Shown: positions 12,943 to 26,300 of the stretch, one piece after another | Position numbering within the stretch: the stretch's first letter is position 1 | Layout: each line of letters begins with the position of its first letter | Assembly: GCF_963921235.1 (NCBI RefSeq) | Contig: NC_086108.1 | Location: 98,582,001 to 98,646,000 of the forward strand | Direction of reading: 5' to 3' | Origin: Mobula hypostoma | Taxonomy: Eukaryota | DNA: 64,000 nt | Notes under the pieces: generated by a model | What the model was told of the DNA's origin: nothing | Seen by the model: only the letters and a program-made list of their open reading frames with translations | Databases searched by the model: none | Translations under genes and position numbers: made by a program

Positions 12943-15900
12943 CTGATAATACTACCTTTATGAACAGATTTTTGCAAAAATTAAATATACCTAAAATTTC
13001 TATTCAAGATATTAACACATTAGAAGCACCTGTTAAACAAGAGGAAATAGCTAGGGTTATATCCTGTATGCAACTAGGGAAAGCTCCGGGACCAGATGGA
13101 TATACAGTCGAATTTTATAAGACTTTTACTGAAATGCTCACATCACATCTATGTCAAACTTTCACTGATTCTATATCCTCTGGGAACCTCCCTTAAACTT
13201 TTTTATGAGGCATCAATCTCATTGATCCCTAAAAAAGGAAAAGATCTATCGTTATGTGCCTCCTATAGACCAATTTCCTTATTGAATGTGGACTTCAAAA
13301 TTCTCTCTAAAATTCTGGCTAATAGGCTTGAGAATATTTTACCTACTGTTATTTCAAATGATCAAACTGGATTTATTAAAAATAGGTATTTACATTTTAA
13401 TATTTGAAGACTGTTAAATATTATTTATTCTCCCTCAGTTAAAGAATCTGAATGTATCATCTCCCTCGATGCAGATAAAGCCTTTGATAGGGTGGAATGG
13501 CATTATTTATTTCAGGTTTTGGAGAGATTTAATTTTGGTCTGGGATTTATCTCCTGGATCAAACTGATCTATCAAGCCCCGACGGCGGCAGTTATAACTA
13601 ACAATCAAAAATCTCCTTATTTTAGACTATGTAGAGGAACCCGTCAGGGTTGTCCTCTTAGTCCTTTATTATTTAATTTGGCTTTAGAACCACTTGCTAT
13701 TGCTCTTAGGGATTCCAACTCTGTTCAGGGTATTAAGAGAGGGGATAAATTACATAAGGTTTCGTTGTACGCAGATGATTTACTAGTTTACATTTCAGAC
13801 CCTAGGAAATCTATCCCTTCTATGTTATCCATATTTACTGAATTTAGTACTTTCTCCAGATACAAGTTAAATTTACATAAAAGTGAATTATTTCCTATTA
13901 ATAACTATTCAGATCAATATGATCTAATACCTTTTAATATTGCTAAAAATTATTTTACCTATCTTGGTATTAAAATTACTAAAAATTTTAAAGATTTATA
14001 TAAATACAATTTTCTTCCTTTAATTGTATATGCACAACAAACACTTTCCAAATGGTCGCCTATAATGTTGTCGTTAATTGGTGGAATAAATGCTATAAAA
14101 ATGACAATTTTACCGAAATTCTTATACAGGCTTCAAGCTGTTCCATCCTTTGTCCTGAAAACGTTTTTTTGATAGAATAGATTCTATGATCTTATCATAT
14201 ATCTGGAATAATAAAAGCTCCAGAGTGAGTAAACCTTTATTGCAAAAATTAAAAATTACCAAACTTTAGGCTCTATTACTGGGCAATCAATATTCGTTAT
14301 ATTACTTTCTGGATTCACTGTATAGATAATCAGGACTGTCCTTCATGGTTGGACTTGGAGAAGAACTCGGTAAAGGGGTTCTCTTTGGCTTCTTTGCTGG
14401 GAGCTCTTCTTCCCTTTTTGTTTTCTAAGACTGGTAGACAAGATCTTAGTCCCATTGTTAAGACATACATTAAAATTTTGGTTTCAGTTTCGCAGATCTT
14501 TTGACCTAAATAACTTTGTTCTTTCTAGTAATATCCATTTTAATTATTTTTTTAAACCATCAATTTTAGACAAGACCTTTTTAACATGAAAAACTAAGGG
14601 AATAATAACTTTAACAACAGGAATTCTGCAGATGCTGGAAATTCAAGCAACATACATCAAAGTTGCTGGTGAACGCAGCAGGCCAGGCAGCATCTATAGG
14701 AAGAGGTGCAGTCGACGTTTCAGGCCGAGACCCTTTGTCAGGACTTTGTCCTGACAAAGGGTCTCGGAATAATAACTTTTCTAGATTTGTTTTTAGAGGA
14801 TTGTTTAATGTCTTTTTCTCAGCTAGTGGACAAATATGATTTATCTAATGCACAATTTTTTAGATATTTACAAGTTAGGAATTTTTTACGTGATTTGTTA
14901 CCGAATTACCCATTTGCTCATTTACCAAATATGATAGAAGTTATCTTTCAGCTTAAACCATTCCAAAAAGGATTGATAGCCGTCATATATAAACGGCTAT
15001 TGAATTTACGAATGATGTCTAATGATAAGGTTAAACGTGCTTGGGAACTGGAACTTCAAGAACCATTTTCAGATAATCAATGGAATAAAATTTGTCATTT
15101 AGTTAACAATTCATCTATTTGTGCCCGTCACTCCTTGATTCAGTTCAAGGTAGTGCACAGGGCACATATGTCAAAAGATAAACTAGCGCATATTTTTTCT
15201 AATATAAATCCTACTTGTGATAACACTGCGGTGGCCACATTAATGCATATGTTATGGTCCTGCATAAAGTTAAATAACTTTTGGAGAGGTATTTTTAGAA
15301 CGTTATCAAAAGTCATAGGTCTGGACCTGCAACCTAATTCATTTACTGCAACCTTTGGGGTTATTCCAACGGAAGCAGGAAATGTTCCTGCTTCCGCTCA
15401 ACGCATGATAGCTTTCTCAACTTTATTGGCTGAGAGAGCTATTCTATTGTACTGGAAGGATCCCAATCCACCTACTGTATTTTTGGGGCTCTCCTCCATT
15501 ACGTCTTGTTTAAGTTTGGAGAAAATAACAAGTCGGACGTTTGATACATCTTTTAAATTTGAGCAATCTTGGTGACCTTTTATTCAATGATCTAATTTTT
15601 ATTACTTTTATAGTTAATTATTCTTTTTCCTCTGCAAATTTTTAGATTTGATCAGAAGGATCTTCCCTTTTCTTTTTAACTGTATCCTCAAAATGGACTC
15701 AAAATGCCCAGTCCCCTTTTTTTTTGGGTTTTAGATTAGTTTAGTGGGTGTTTTTTCTTCCAATGATAGAAAATTTTGAATCTTTTTTTTCATGAACTGT
15801 TAAGAGGAGAGGTGGTTCTCTTTTCTCTTTATATTAGCTTAATACTATACATGGTTTTGTTAGTGTATACTCCTTTCTTTGTTTGTATTATTGAATTATG

Positions 15901-15970
15901 TATTTGAGATAACCTCTCCTCTGTCTGTATTTACTCTTATTCTTTTAAATCAATAAAACAAGATTGAAAG
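12943..15970 (+). mobile_element. Inner 5'-truncated L1-clade LINE (family B) nested in family A
   Basis: 15-bp TSD TAGAGTTACCCACTT at 12928-12942 and 15971-15985; KAPGPDG, RQGCPLSP and LYADD motifs; T-rich 3' UTR with AATAAA. Confidence 0.92.
14613..14765 (-). mobile_element. Penelope terminal-repeat fragment with terminal hairpin
   Basis: 14-bp TSD GGAATAATAACTTT at 14599-14612 and 14766-14779; perfect 20-bp inverted arms at 14725-14744 and 14748-14767. Confidence 0.85.
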
Positions 15971-18900
15971 TAGAGTTACCCACTTTAAGCGAAGAACAAA
16001 ATAGAACGATGACTGCTGACATAACTGAAGCTGAACTAAAAGCTGCAATTAGTAGGCTTAAATTAAGCAAGTCACCAGGATCAGATGGGTATATGGCAGA
16101 ATGGTACAAAGAATTTAAAAATGAGTTAATTCCTGTCTTACTCCCCACACTGAACTGGGCTCTAAAAAAGGCACAAATGCCACCCAGCTGGAAGGAGGCG
16201 ATAATCTCAGCCATACTGAAAGAAGGCAAGGATAAAATGGAATGTGGGTCATTTAGACCAATATCTGTTCTTAATGTGGATGATAGAATATTTACCTCCA
16301 TCATGGCCAAACGATTAGAAGAGTTTCTACCCACACTGATACATAATGATCGGACAGGTTTTATACAACAACACCAAACACAAGACAATATACAAAGGAC
16401 ACTTCACATTATGGATTATATACAAAAAAATAAAATCGAAGCAATAGTGATAAGTGTGGACACTGAAAAGGCATTTGATTCGGTTAACTGGAATTTTCTT
16501 TACAGAGTTTTACATAGATTTGGTTTCCATGACACAATTAATAAACTATACAGGCACTATATGACAACCCTACTGCTAGGATTAAAATCAATGGATATTT
16601 ATCAAATAGTTTTACCCTAGAAAGGGGCACGAGACAGGGTTGTGCATGGTCACTGCTACTATATCTGGAACCGTTAGCTCAATACATCAGACAAAATGAA
16701 GATATCAGGGGAATTACTATTAAAGGGACACAGCATAAATTGGCCTGTTAGGCGGATGACATTTTGATCTATCTAGGGCAATCAACATACTCTTTACCTA
16801 AATTGATGCAATCCTTTGAACAATATGGTCAATTATTAGGACACAAGATCAACATAGATAAAACCCATTTACTTTCATATAACTATAGCCCACCAAGAGA
16901 AATTGAAAGTAGATATCCTTGGGCATGGCAAACAGAGTCCGTCAAATATTTGGGCATCATTATGCCAAAAGATTTGGCAAAATTATCAGAATGCAATTAT
17001 CAGCCTATATATAAAAAAATTAAGAAAGATATAACAAGATGGAACCTAATTCCTTTTTTTAGTCTCAGTCCAAGGATTTAATCTATTAAAATGAATATAC
17101 TGCCCAGACTACTATATCTCTTTCAGACCCTACCAATGGAGATTAATCAAAATCAATTCAATGACTGGAACAAAATGTTATCAAGGTATATATGGCAAGG
17201 TAAAAGGCCTAGAGTTCATCTCAAACCTTTGCAATTAGCCAAGGGAAAGAGGGGATGGGGCCTACCTTCTCTTAGAGATTATTATTTTTCAGCACAGTTG
17301 AGAGCTGTGATATGCTGGTGCAACCCATCATATGACACTCAATGGAAAAACATTGAGGAAAGGATACTTTCCATACCCATACAGGCAATTTTGGCTAATA
17401 ACAACCTACAAAGGTACATAAATACTATTGCTAACCCATGGGTGAAATGGACTCTTAAAATATGGAAAACTATTATAAAAGTATATAAACTAGAGGGAGA
17501 TATTGTAATTCTTAAGTGGTGTGCATATGACTTGGATTTTATGCCGAATAAACTGGATGCTAGATTTAAGGACTGGACAGCTAAAGGAATAGCAGTTCTT
17601 TGCAATATAATGAAAGAAGGAACACTGTTCAGTTTTGAAATGCTTAAAGAGAAACACTTATTAGAAAAACAAGACTTTTATCGGTATTTACAAATGCGAC
17701 AGTATGTTCATAGGACGGTTAAAAATGTAACCAAGGCAAGTACATGTTTGTTAGAGCTATTTAGAAAATCATATAATTCAGATAATGGTAGTAGAATCAT
17801 TTCAAGCATGTATAAGGGTTTGTCAAATCTTAAAACACATTCAACTTCATACATTAAAACAAAATGGGAGAAGGAAGGAGGGATAATAATATCTGAGGAA
17901 GACTGGACAATAATATGGAGGTATCAATGGAAGTGTGCCAGTTCACAGAAATGGAGAAAGTTCCGGTGGAAAAACTTGAGAAGATATTTTATTACACCCT
18001 CTCAGAAATCCCATTATGATAGTAATCTCCCTGTTTGCTGGAGAAATTGTGGAAATCAAAATGCAAACCATTATCATATTTTCTGGGAATGCCCTGTTAT
18101 CAAAGACTATTGGAGTGGGATACACAATGCCCTACAAGACATCTTTAAATGTGAAATACCCTTAGAAAGTAAGACCATATATTTTGGGTATATACCTCAA
18201 GAATGGTTGAAAAGAGATAAATATTTAAAGAATATACTGCTGGTGGCTGGTAAAAAGACTCTTACCAGGAAATGGTTATCACAGGAGAGCCCAACTTTAA
18301 GTGCATGGATGGAAATTACAATGGACATTTACAAAATGGAGAAGATTACAGCATTTGTTAACCATAAGTTGGAACAATTTGATTCATACTGGGAAAAATG
18401 GTTTAACTACGTAACACCTCATAGGCCTGATTTTATTCTCAGAAATCAATGAATATGTTGTAAAAAAAAAGATCACTCCCTACTTGTACGTAGATTTCTC
18501 CTTTTGCTTGCTCTTTCTTTCCTCTCCTTTCTATAAGTGTATACCTCAGATAAATATCATGTGGAGATTTGTGGCAAATATGATTATGTACAATATCTGA
18601 AATACATCTTATGGAAATGTTTGTTTGATGATGAACTTCAATAAAAAATAAATTACAAAAAAAAGAAAATGAGGGGTGATAGGATAGAGGTTCACAAAAT
18701 TATGAGGGTTATAGATAGGGTAAGTGTAAGCAGACTTTTTCCACCAAGGTCAAGTGAGTCTGGAACTAGAGGTCATAGGTTAAGGGTGAAAGGTGAAATA
18801 TTTAAGTGGAATATGTGGATGAGCCTCTTCACAAAGAATGTGGAAAGTGATGCCATCAAAAGTGATGGACACAGGTTCAATTGCATCATTTAGGAGAAGT

Positions 18901-19524
18901 TTGGATAAGTACATGGAAGAGAAGGGTATGGAGGTCTATGGTCCAAGTGCAGGTTGAGGGGACTAGGCAGAATAATAGTTCGGCATGGATTACGTGGGAC
19001 GAAATGTCTCTCTGTGCTGCAGTATTCTTTAATTCAATGACTCTATCAACTTGCTGCACATCCGTCTGGAGTGTGAGCAGTTCAGCCCTTAAAGGCACAC
19101 TCTCCATGACCACCCAACACACATGCGGCGATGCCAAGGTGGAGAGAACAGCTGCAGGTTAGAAAAAGGAAGCCCATGGACATAGTAAAAGAGAAGCAGA
19201 CGTTCTCATCAGTGAGTTAAGCACCAGGGCGAAGGTCAAGGAGCTTAGGAGACAACCCAGACCACCATAGGAAGACCAGACAGGAATATTATCAAGTTTA
19301 TTATTTATTATTTAAATATTAAAGATTTATTATTTAAAACTCAGAATCAGGTTTATTATCACTGGCATATGTCATTTAATTTGTTGTTTTACAACAGCAG
19401 TACAGTGCAATACATAAAAAATTACTGTTCGTTACAAGGAATATAAAAATAGTTTAACTAAAAAGCAAAATAGTGAGGTAGTGTTCATGCATTCATAGTC
19501 CTTTCAGAAATCTGATGGCAGAGC

Positions 19525-20180
19525 GGATTAGATTATGAGGACACTCAGTCCTCGTTTATTGTCATTTAGAAATGCATGCATTAAAAAATAATACAATGTT
19601 CCTCCAGAAAGACATCACAGTAACACAGGACAAACCAGGACTAAAACTGACAAAACCACATTATTATAACATATAGTAACAACAGTGCAAAGCAATACCG
19701 TAATTTGGTAAAGAGCAGACCATGGGCATGGTAAAAAAAAAAGACTCAAGTCCCGATAGCCCCATCATCTCACACAGATGGTAGAAGGAAGAAACTCTCC
19801 CTGCCATGAGCTCCAAGCGCTGCAAACTTGCCGATGCATTGGAAGCACCTGACCGCAGCCTACTCTGAGTCCATCCGAAAACTTGGAGCCTCCGACACCG
19901 AGCACCGAGCACCATCTCTGCCGAGTGCTTCGATCCCGCCCCGGCCGCCAAGCAACAAGCAAAGCCGAGGACTCGGGGCCTTCCGCTCCGGAGATTTTGG
20001 ATCACACAGTAGCAGTGGCAGGGAAGCAGGCTTTTCAGAAGTTTCACAGATGTTCCTCCGTGCTCTCACGTCTATCTCCATCAAATCAGGATTGTGCATG
20101 CCACCCTACTTGACAGATAACAGATATCATTCACCGGAGTGGTCGCTGCGAGCTGCATCGTGCCGCCATCTTCTCCTTTA
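19525..20180 (-). repeat. Unclassified interspersed repeat, related to 35360-35945
   Basis: Shared end gattagattatgaggacac...ctc(g/a)tttattgtcatttag and a shared body. Confidence 0.6.
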
Positions 20181-20339
20181 GGAAGAAGCAATTCCTAAAG
20201 TGTTGATTGTATGTCTTCAGGATACTGAATCTCCTCCCTGGTGGTAGTAATGAAAAGAGGGCTCTGGCAGTCACTTCCGGCTATGGATTCCTCACTAACT
20301 CAAGTGATGAAAAAATAAATGTCATATTTATTAATTCAT

Positions 20340-20615
20340 TTATTGATTGATTGAGATACAAAGTGGAATAGGCCCTTCCGGTCCTTTGAGCCTTGCCACC
20401 CAGCAACCCCCAATTTAATCCAGCCTAATCACTGGACAATTTACAATGACCAATTAACCTACCAACTGGTACATCTTTGGGTGCTCCAGTTTCTTCCCAC
20501 AATCCAAAGGAAACACACACGGTAAAACGGAAGAAAGTACTAACTCCTTACAGGCAGCAGCGGGAATTGAACTCAGGTCGCTGGTACAGTAAAGCATTGT
20601 GCTAACCACTACGCT
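20340..20615 (-). mobile_element. tRNA-derived V-SINE (HE1-like)
   Basis: Minus strand shows a tRNA-like head (ggttagcac...gttcaattccc) and the aattggtcattgtaaattgtcc segment; related copies at about 26500-26950 (+) and 39130-39400 (-). Confidence 0.7.
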
Positions 20616-20715
20616 ATGTTCTGAAAAGATACTGAACAGAGTTGTGGTGAGCTGTTTCACCAATTGGATTGGGAATTAATTTATCGATATATTCGTATGC
20701 TATATGTGCTTCCAG

Positions 20716-20758
20716 GGAGAGACTACTTTGAAACCCGGGCTCTCCCAGCCGACTAATG
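20716..20758 (+). other. Candidate short exon (possibly a KYAT3 5' UTR exon)
   Basis: 43 nt between gcttccag and a strong ATG|gtaagc donor, within a small non-repetitive island; no homology recognised. Confidence 0.3.
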
Positions 20759-21340
20759 GTAAGCTATATAATGTGGGAGACTAAGTTGAACTTCTTATTT
20801 CTTGCCAGTATGGTCAATGTTTGCCTTTTTTACTGCCTGGAGACTAGTCCCTATCCAACAAATCATATTGAGTATGGGGAGAATATTTTTTAATTCATGT
20901 AACACACATAGAATTCTGGAGGAACTCAGCAGGTCAGGCAGCATCTATGGAGAGGATTAAACAATTGATGTCTTGCGCTGAGACTCTTCATCAGTTATAA
21001 GGAAAGATTGAATACATTAGAACTTTATGCCCGGTATGTAGAAAACTGAGGGGAGATTAGATAGAGGTAAACAAAATTATCAGGGGTATAGCAAGGGTAA
21101 ACGTAAGCAGGCTTTTTCCACTCAGGTTGGGTGGGACTACAAGGTTGAAAGGTGAAAAGTTTAAGGGGCAGGGATTCAGATTTCTGGATCATTGGGACCT
21201 CTTTTGGGTTAGGCATGACCTGTACAATAAGGATGGGTTGCTCTTGAACCCCAGTGTTACCAATATCCTGGCAGGGAGGTTTGCTAAGGCTATTGGAGAG
21301 AGTTTAAACTAGAATTGCTGGTGGGTGGGAACCGAACTGA

Positions 21341-23080
21341 AACATAGAAACATAGAAAATAGGTGCAGGAGTAGGCCATTCGGCCCTTCGAGCCTGCACC
21401 GCCATTTATTATGATCATGGCTGATCATCCAACTCAGAACCCCGCCCCAGCCTTCCTTCCATACCCCCTGACCCCCGTAGCCACAAGGGCCATATCTAAC
21501 TCCCTCTTAAATATAGCCAATGAACTGGCCTCAACTGTTTCCTGTGGCAGAGAATTCCACAGATTCACCACTCTCTGTGTGAAGAAGTTTTTCCTAATCT
21601 CGGTCCTAAAAGGCTTCCCCTCTATCCTCAAACTGTGGCCCCTCGTTCTGGACTTCCCCAACATCGGGAACAATCTTCCTGCATCTAGCCTGTCCAATCC
21701 CTTTAGGATTTTATACGTTTCAATCAGATCCCCCCTCAATCTTCTAAATTCCAACGAGTACAAGCCCAGTTCATCCAGTCTTTCTTCATATGAAAGTCCT
21801 GCCATCCCAGGAATCAATCTGGTGAACCTTCTTTGTACTCCCTCTATGGCAAGGATGTCTTTCCTCAGATTAGGGGACCAAAACTGCACACAATACTCCA
21901 GGTGTGGTCTCACCAAGGCCTTGTACAACTGCAGTAGTACCTCCCTGCTCCTGTACTCGAATCCTCTCGCTATAAATGCCAGCATACCATTCGCCTTTTT
22001 CACCGCCTGCTGTACCTGCATGCCCACTTTCAATGACTGGTGTATAATGACACCCAGGTCTCGTTGCACCTCCCCTTTTCCTAATCGGCCACCATTCAGA
22101 TAATAATCTGTTTTCCTATTTTTGCCACCAAAGTGGATAACTTCACATTTATCCACATTAAATTGCATCTGCCATGAATTTGCCCACTCACCCAACCTAT
22201 CCAAGTCACGCTGCATCCTCTTAGCATCCTCCTCACAGCTAACACTGCCACCCAGCTTCGTGTCATCCGCAAACTTGGAGATGCTGCATTTAATTCCCTC
22301 ATCCAAGTCATTAATATATATTGTAAACAACTGGGGTCCCAGCACTGAGCCTTGCGGTACCCCACTAGTCACCGCCTGCCATTCTGAAAAGGTCCCGTTT
22401 ATTCCCACTCTTTGCTTCCTGTCTGCTAACCAATTCTCCACCCACACCAATACCTTACCCCCAATACCGTGTGCTTTAAGTTTGCACACTAATCTCCTGT
22501 GTGGGACCTTGTCAAAAGCCTTTTGAAAATCCAAATATACCACATCCACTGGTTCTCCCCTATCCACTCTACTAGTTACATCCTCAAAAAATTCTATGAG
22601 ATTCGTCAGACATGATTTTCCTTTCACAAATCCATGCTGACTTTGTCCGATCATTTCACCGCTTTCCAAATGTGCTGTTATCACATCCTTGATAACTGAC
22701 TCCAGCAATTTCCCCACCACCAACGTTAGGCTAACCGGTCTATAATTCCCCGGTTTCTCTCTCCCTCCTTTTTTAAAAAGTGGAGTTACATTAGCCACTC
22801 TCCAATCCTCAGGAACTAGTCCAGAATCTAACGAGTTTTGAAAAATTATCACTAATGCATCCACTATTTCTTGGGCTACTTCCTTAAGCACTCTAGGATG
22901 CAGACCATCTGGCCCTGAGGATTTATCTGCCTTCAATCCCTTCAATTTACCTAACACCACTTCCCTACTAACATGTATTTCGCTCAGTTCCTCCATCTCA
23001 CTTGACCCTCTGTCCCCTACTATTTCTGGAAGATTATTTATGTCCTCCTTAGTGAAGACAGAACCAAAGTAATTATTCAA
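21341..23080 (-). mobile_element. Young 5'-truncated CR1 LINE with uninterrupted RT ORF (548 aa)
   Basis: ORF 21434-23080 contains [29 protein letters not shown] and KFADDTK; 3' tail read on + as aacatagaaacatagaaa. Confidence 0.95.
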
Positions 23081-23200
23081 TTGGAAGAGACGGAGGAAGG
23101 GGCAGTTGGCTCACAAATAGAGAAAGCTTGTAAGCAGTGTGAGAGGGAGGATAGACAGGTGATAGAGAAAGGATATGCTCAAACTGATGGTTTGAGATGT

Positions 23201-23371
23201 CAAACTTGCTGGTGAATGCAGCAGGCCAGGCAGCACCTCTAGGAAGAGGTATAGGGTCTCTGCCCGAAACGTCGACTGTACCTCTTCCTAGAGGTGCTGC
23301 CTGGCCTGCTGCATTCACCAGCAACTTTGATGTGTTTTGCTTGAATTTCCAGCACCTGCAGAATTCCTCAC
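23201..23371 (+). mobile_element. Fold-back Penelope terminal-repeat fragment with 12-bp TSD
   Basis: TSD GGTTTGAGATGT at 23189-23200 and 23372-23383; perfect 46-bp arms at 23206-23251 and 23279-23324. Confidence 0.88.
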
Positions 23372-26300
23372 GGTTTGAGATGTGTCTATTTTAATGCAAG
23401 GAGTATCATGAACAAAGTGGATGACCTTAGATCGTGGATCTGTACTTGGAGCTATGATGTTGTTGCCATTACAGAGACTTGGAGACTTAGAGTGCCAGGA
23501 TTTAGATATTTCAGAAAGGACAGGGAGGGAGGCAAAAGAGGTGGGGGCGTGGTACTGTTGATCAGAGATACTGTCACGGCTGCAGAAAAGGATTAAGTCA
23601 TGGAGGGAATATCTACCGAGTCTCTGTGGGTGGAAGTTAGAAACAGGAAGGGATCAATAACTCTACTGGGTGTTTTTTATAGACCACCCAATAGTAACAG
23701 GGACATCAAGGAGCAGATAGGGAGACAGATTCTGGAATGGTGCAATAATAACAGGGTTGTCATGGTGGGAGATTTTAATTTCCTCAATATTGATTGACAT
23801 CTCCCTAGAGCAAGGGGTTTAGATGGGGTGGAGTTTGTTTGGTGTGTTCAGAAAGGTTTCCTAACACACTGTGTAACTAAGCCTACAAGAGGAGAGGCTG
23901 TAGTTGATCTGGTATTGGGAAGTGACCTGGTCAGGAGTCAGGTCTCTCAGTGGGAGAGCATTTTGGAGATAGTGATCACAATTCTATCTCCTTTACCAAA
24001 GCATTGGAGAGGGTTAGGAACAGACAAGTTAGGAAAGTGCTTAACTGGAGTAAGGGGAAATATGAAGCTATCAGGCAGGAACTTGGAAGCATAAATTGGG
24101 AGAAGATATTCTCAGGGCAATGTACGGCAGAAATGTGGCAAATATTCAGGGGATACCTGCATGGCATTCTGCATAGGTACGTTCCAGTAAGACAGGGAAA
24201 GGATGATAGGGTACAGGAACCATGGTGTACAAAGGCTGTTGAAAATCTAGTCAAGAAGAAAAGAAAAGCTTACGAAAAGTTCAAAAAAAACTAGGTAATG
24301 ATAGAGACCTAGAAAATTAAAAGGCTAGCAGGAGGGATCTTGAGAATGAAATTAGGAGAGCTAGAAGGGACCATGAGAAGGCCTTGGCGAGCAAGATTAA
24401 GGAAAACCCCAAGGCATTTTGCAGGTATGTGAAGAGCAAGAGGAGAAGACATGAGAGAATAGGACCAATCAAGTGTGACAGTGGAAAAGTGTGTATGGAA
24501 CCGAAGGAGGTAGTGGAGGTACTTAATGAATACTTTGCTTCAGTATTCACTGTGGAAAAGGACTTTGGCGATTGTAGAGATGAATTACAGCAGACTGAAA
24601 AGCTTGAGCATGTAGATATTAAGAAAGAAGATGTGCTGGAGCTTTTGGAAACCATCAAGTTGGGTAAGGCACCGGGACCAGATGAGATATACCCCAGGCT
24701 ACTGTGGGAGGCGAGGGAGGAGATTGCTGAGCCTCTGGCAATGTTCTTTGCATCATCAATGGGGACAGGAGAGGTTCTGGAGGATTGGAGGGTTGCAGAT
24801 GTTGTTCCCTTATTCAAGAAAGGGAGTAGAGATAGCCCAGGAAATTATAGACCAGTGAGTCTTACTTCAGTGGTTGGTGGTTGATGGATTTATGAACATT
24901 TGGAGAGGCATAATATGATTAAGAATAGTCAGCATGGCTTTGTCAAAGGCAGGTCGTGCCTTACGAGCCTGATTGAAGTTTTTGAGGATGTGACTAAACA
25001 CATGTTGTATATATGGATTTCAGCAAGGCATTTGATAAGGTACCCCATGCAAGGCTTATTGAGAAAGTAAGGAGGCACGGGATCCAAGGGGACCTTGCTA
25101 TGTGGATCCAGAATTGGCTTGCCCACAGAAGGCAAAGTGCGGTTGTAGACCAGTCATATTCTGCTTGGAGTCGGTGACCAGTGGTGTGCCTCAGGGATCT
25201 GTTCTGGGACCCCTACTCCGTGATTTTTATAAATGACCTGAATGAGGAAGTGGAGGGATGGGTTAGTAAATTTGCTGATGACATAAAGGTTGGGGGTGTT
25301 GTGGATAGTGTGGAGGGCTGTTGGGGGTGTTGTGGATAGTGTGGAGGGCTGTCAGAGGTTACAATGGGACATTGATAGGATGCAAAACTGGGCTGAGAAG
25401 TAGCAGATGGAGTTCAACCCAGTTAAATGTGAGGTGGTTTATTTTTGTAGGTCAAATATGATGGCAGAATATAATATTAATGGTAAGTCCCTTGGCAGTG
25501 TGGAGGATCAGAGGGACCTTGGGGTCCGAGTCCATAGGACACTCAAAGCTGCTGTGCAGGTTGACTCTGTGGTTAAGAAAGCATACGGTGCATTGGCCTT
25601 CATCAACCGTGGGATTGAGCTCAAGAGCCAAGAGGTAATGTTACAGCTATATAGGACCCTGGTCAGACCCCACTTGGAGTACTGTGCTCATTTCTGGCCA
25701 CCTCACTACAGGAAGGATGTGGAAACTATAGAAAGTGTAGAAAGGGTGCAGAGGAGATTTACAGGGATGATGCCTGGATTGGGAAGCATGCCTTATGAGA
25801 GTGAGCTCGACCTTTTCTCCTTGGAGAAACGGAGGATGAAAGGTGACCTGATAGAGATGTACAAGGTAATGAGAGGCATTGATCGTTTGGATAGTCAGTG
25901 GCTTTTTGCCAGGGCTGAAGTGGCTAACACGAGAGGGCACAGTTTTAAGGTGTTTGGAAGTAGGTACAGAGGAGATGTCAGGGGTAATTTTTTACGCAGA
26001 GAGTGGTGAGTGCGTGGAATGGGTTGCTGGTGACGGTGGTGAAGGTGGATGCAATAGGGTCTTTTAAGAGACTCTTGGATAGGTACATGGAGCTTAGAGA
26101 AATAGAGGGCTATGGGTAACCCTCTATAGGCAACTTCTAAAGTAAGTACATGTTCAGCCCAGCATTGTGAGCCAAAGGGCTTGTATTGTGCTGTAGGTTT
26201 TCTATGTTTCTTTGTTTCTATGAGGGGAATTTTCTTTATTCAGAGGGTGATGGGAGTGTGGAACAAGTTGCCGGGGCGATTGGTGCATGCAAACTCGATT

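Larger units (their letters stand above)
11840..18668 (+). mobile_element. Outer 5'-truncated L1-clade LINE (family A), degenerate ORF2
   Basis: EN motifs (GGDLN, DIWR, LDYF, SDY) in 11955-12548; RT and C-terminal pieces 15986-18452; AATAAA and A-tail at about 18640-18668. Confidence 0.9.
11545..19050 (+). mobile_element. CR1 3' fragment split by an L1 insertion (CR1 parts about 11545-11839 and 18669-19050)
   Basis: CR1 C-terminal sequence (LEYRVQFWS...GLYSLE) resumes at 18669 (MRGD.IEV.KIMR); 9-bp TSD ATGAGGGGT at 11831-11839 and 18669-18677. Confidence 0.8.
21165..26222 (+). mobile_element. Degenerate CR1 LINE (ORF1 end plus ORF2), interrupted by two insertions
   Basis: QGFRFLDHWDLFW (ORF1 end), CVYFNARS, GDFN, SDH, KAPGPD and RPHLEYC pieces; (TTCTATGT)n-like tail at about 26200. 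Confidence 0.9.

Noticed and set aside
21411..22103. 230-aa + strand ORF and similar antisense ORFs (e.g. 56679-57251, 24317-24817)
   Set aside because: They are antisense shadows of CR1 ORF2 that recur with each copy.
25290..25351. 31-bp tandem duplication, G-rich
   Set aside because: A simple local duplication within a dead CR1 ORF2 with no sign of function.
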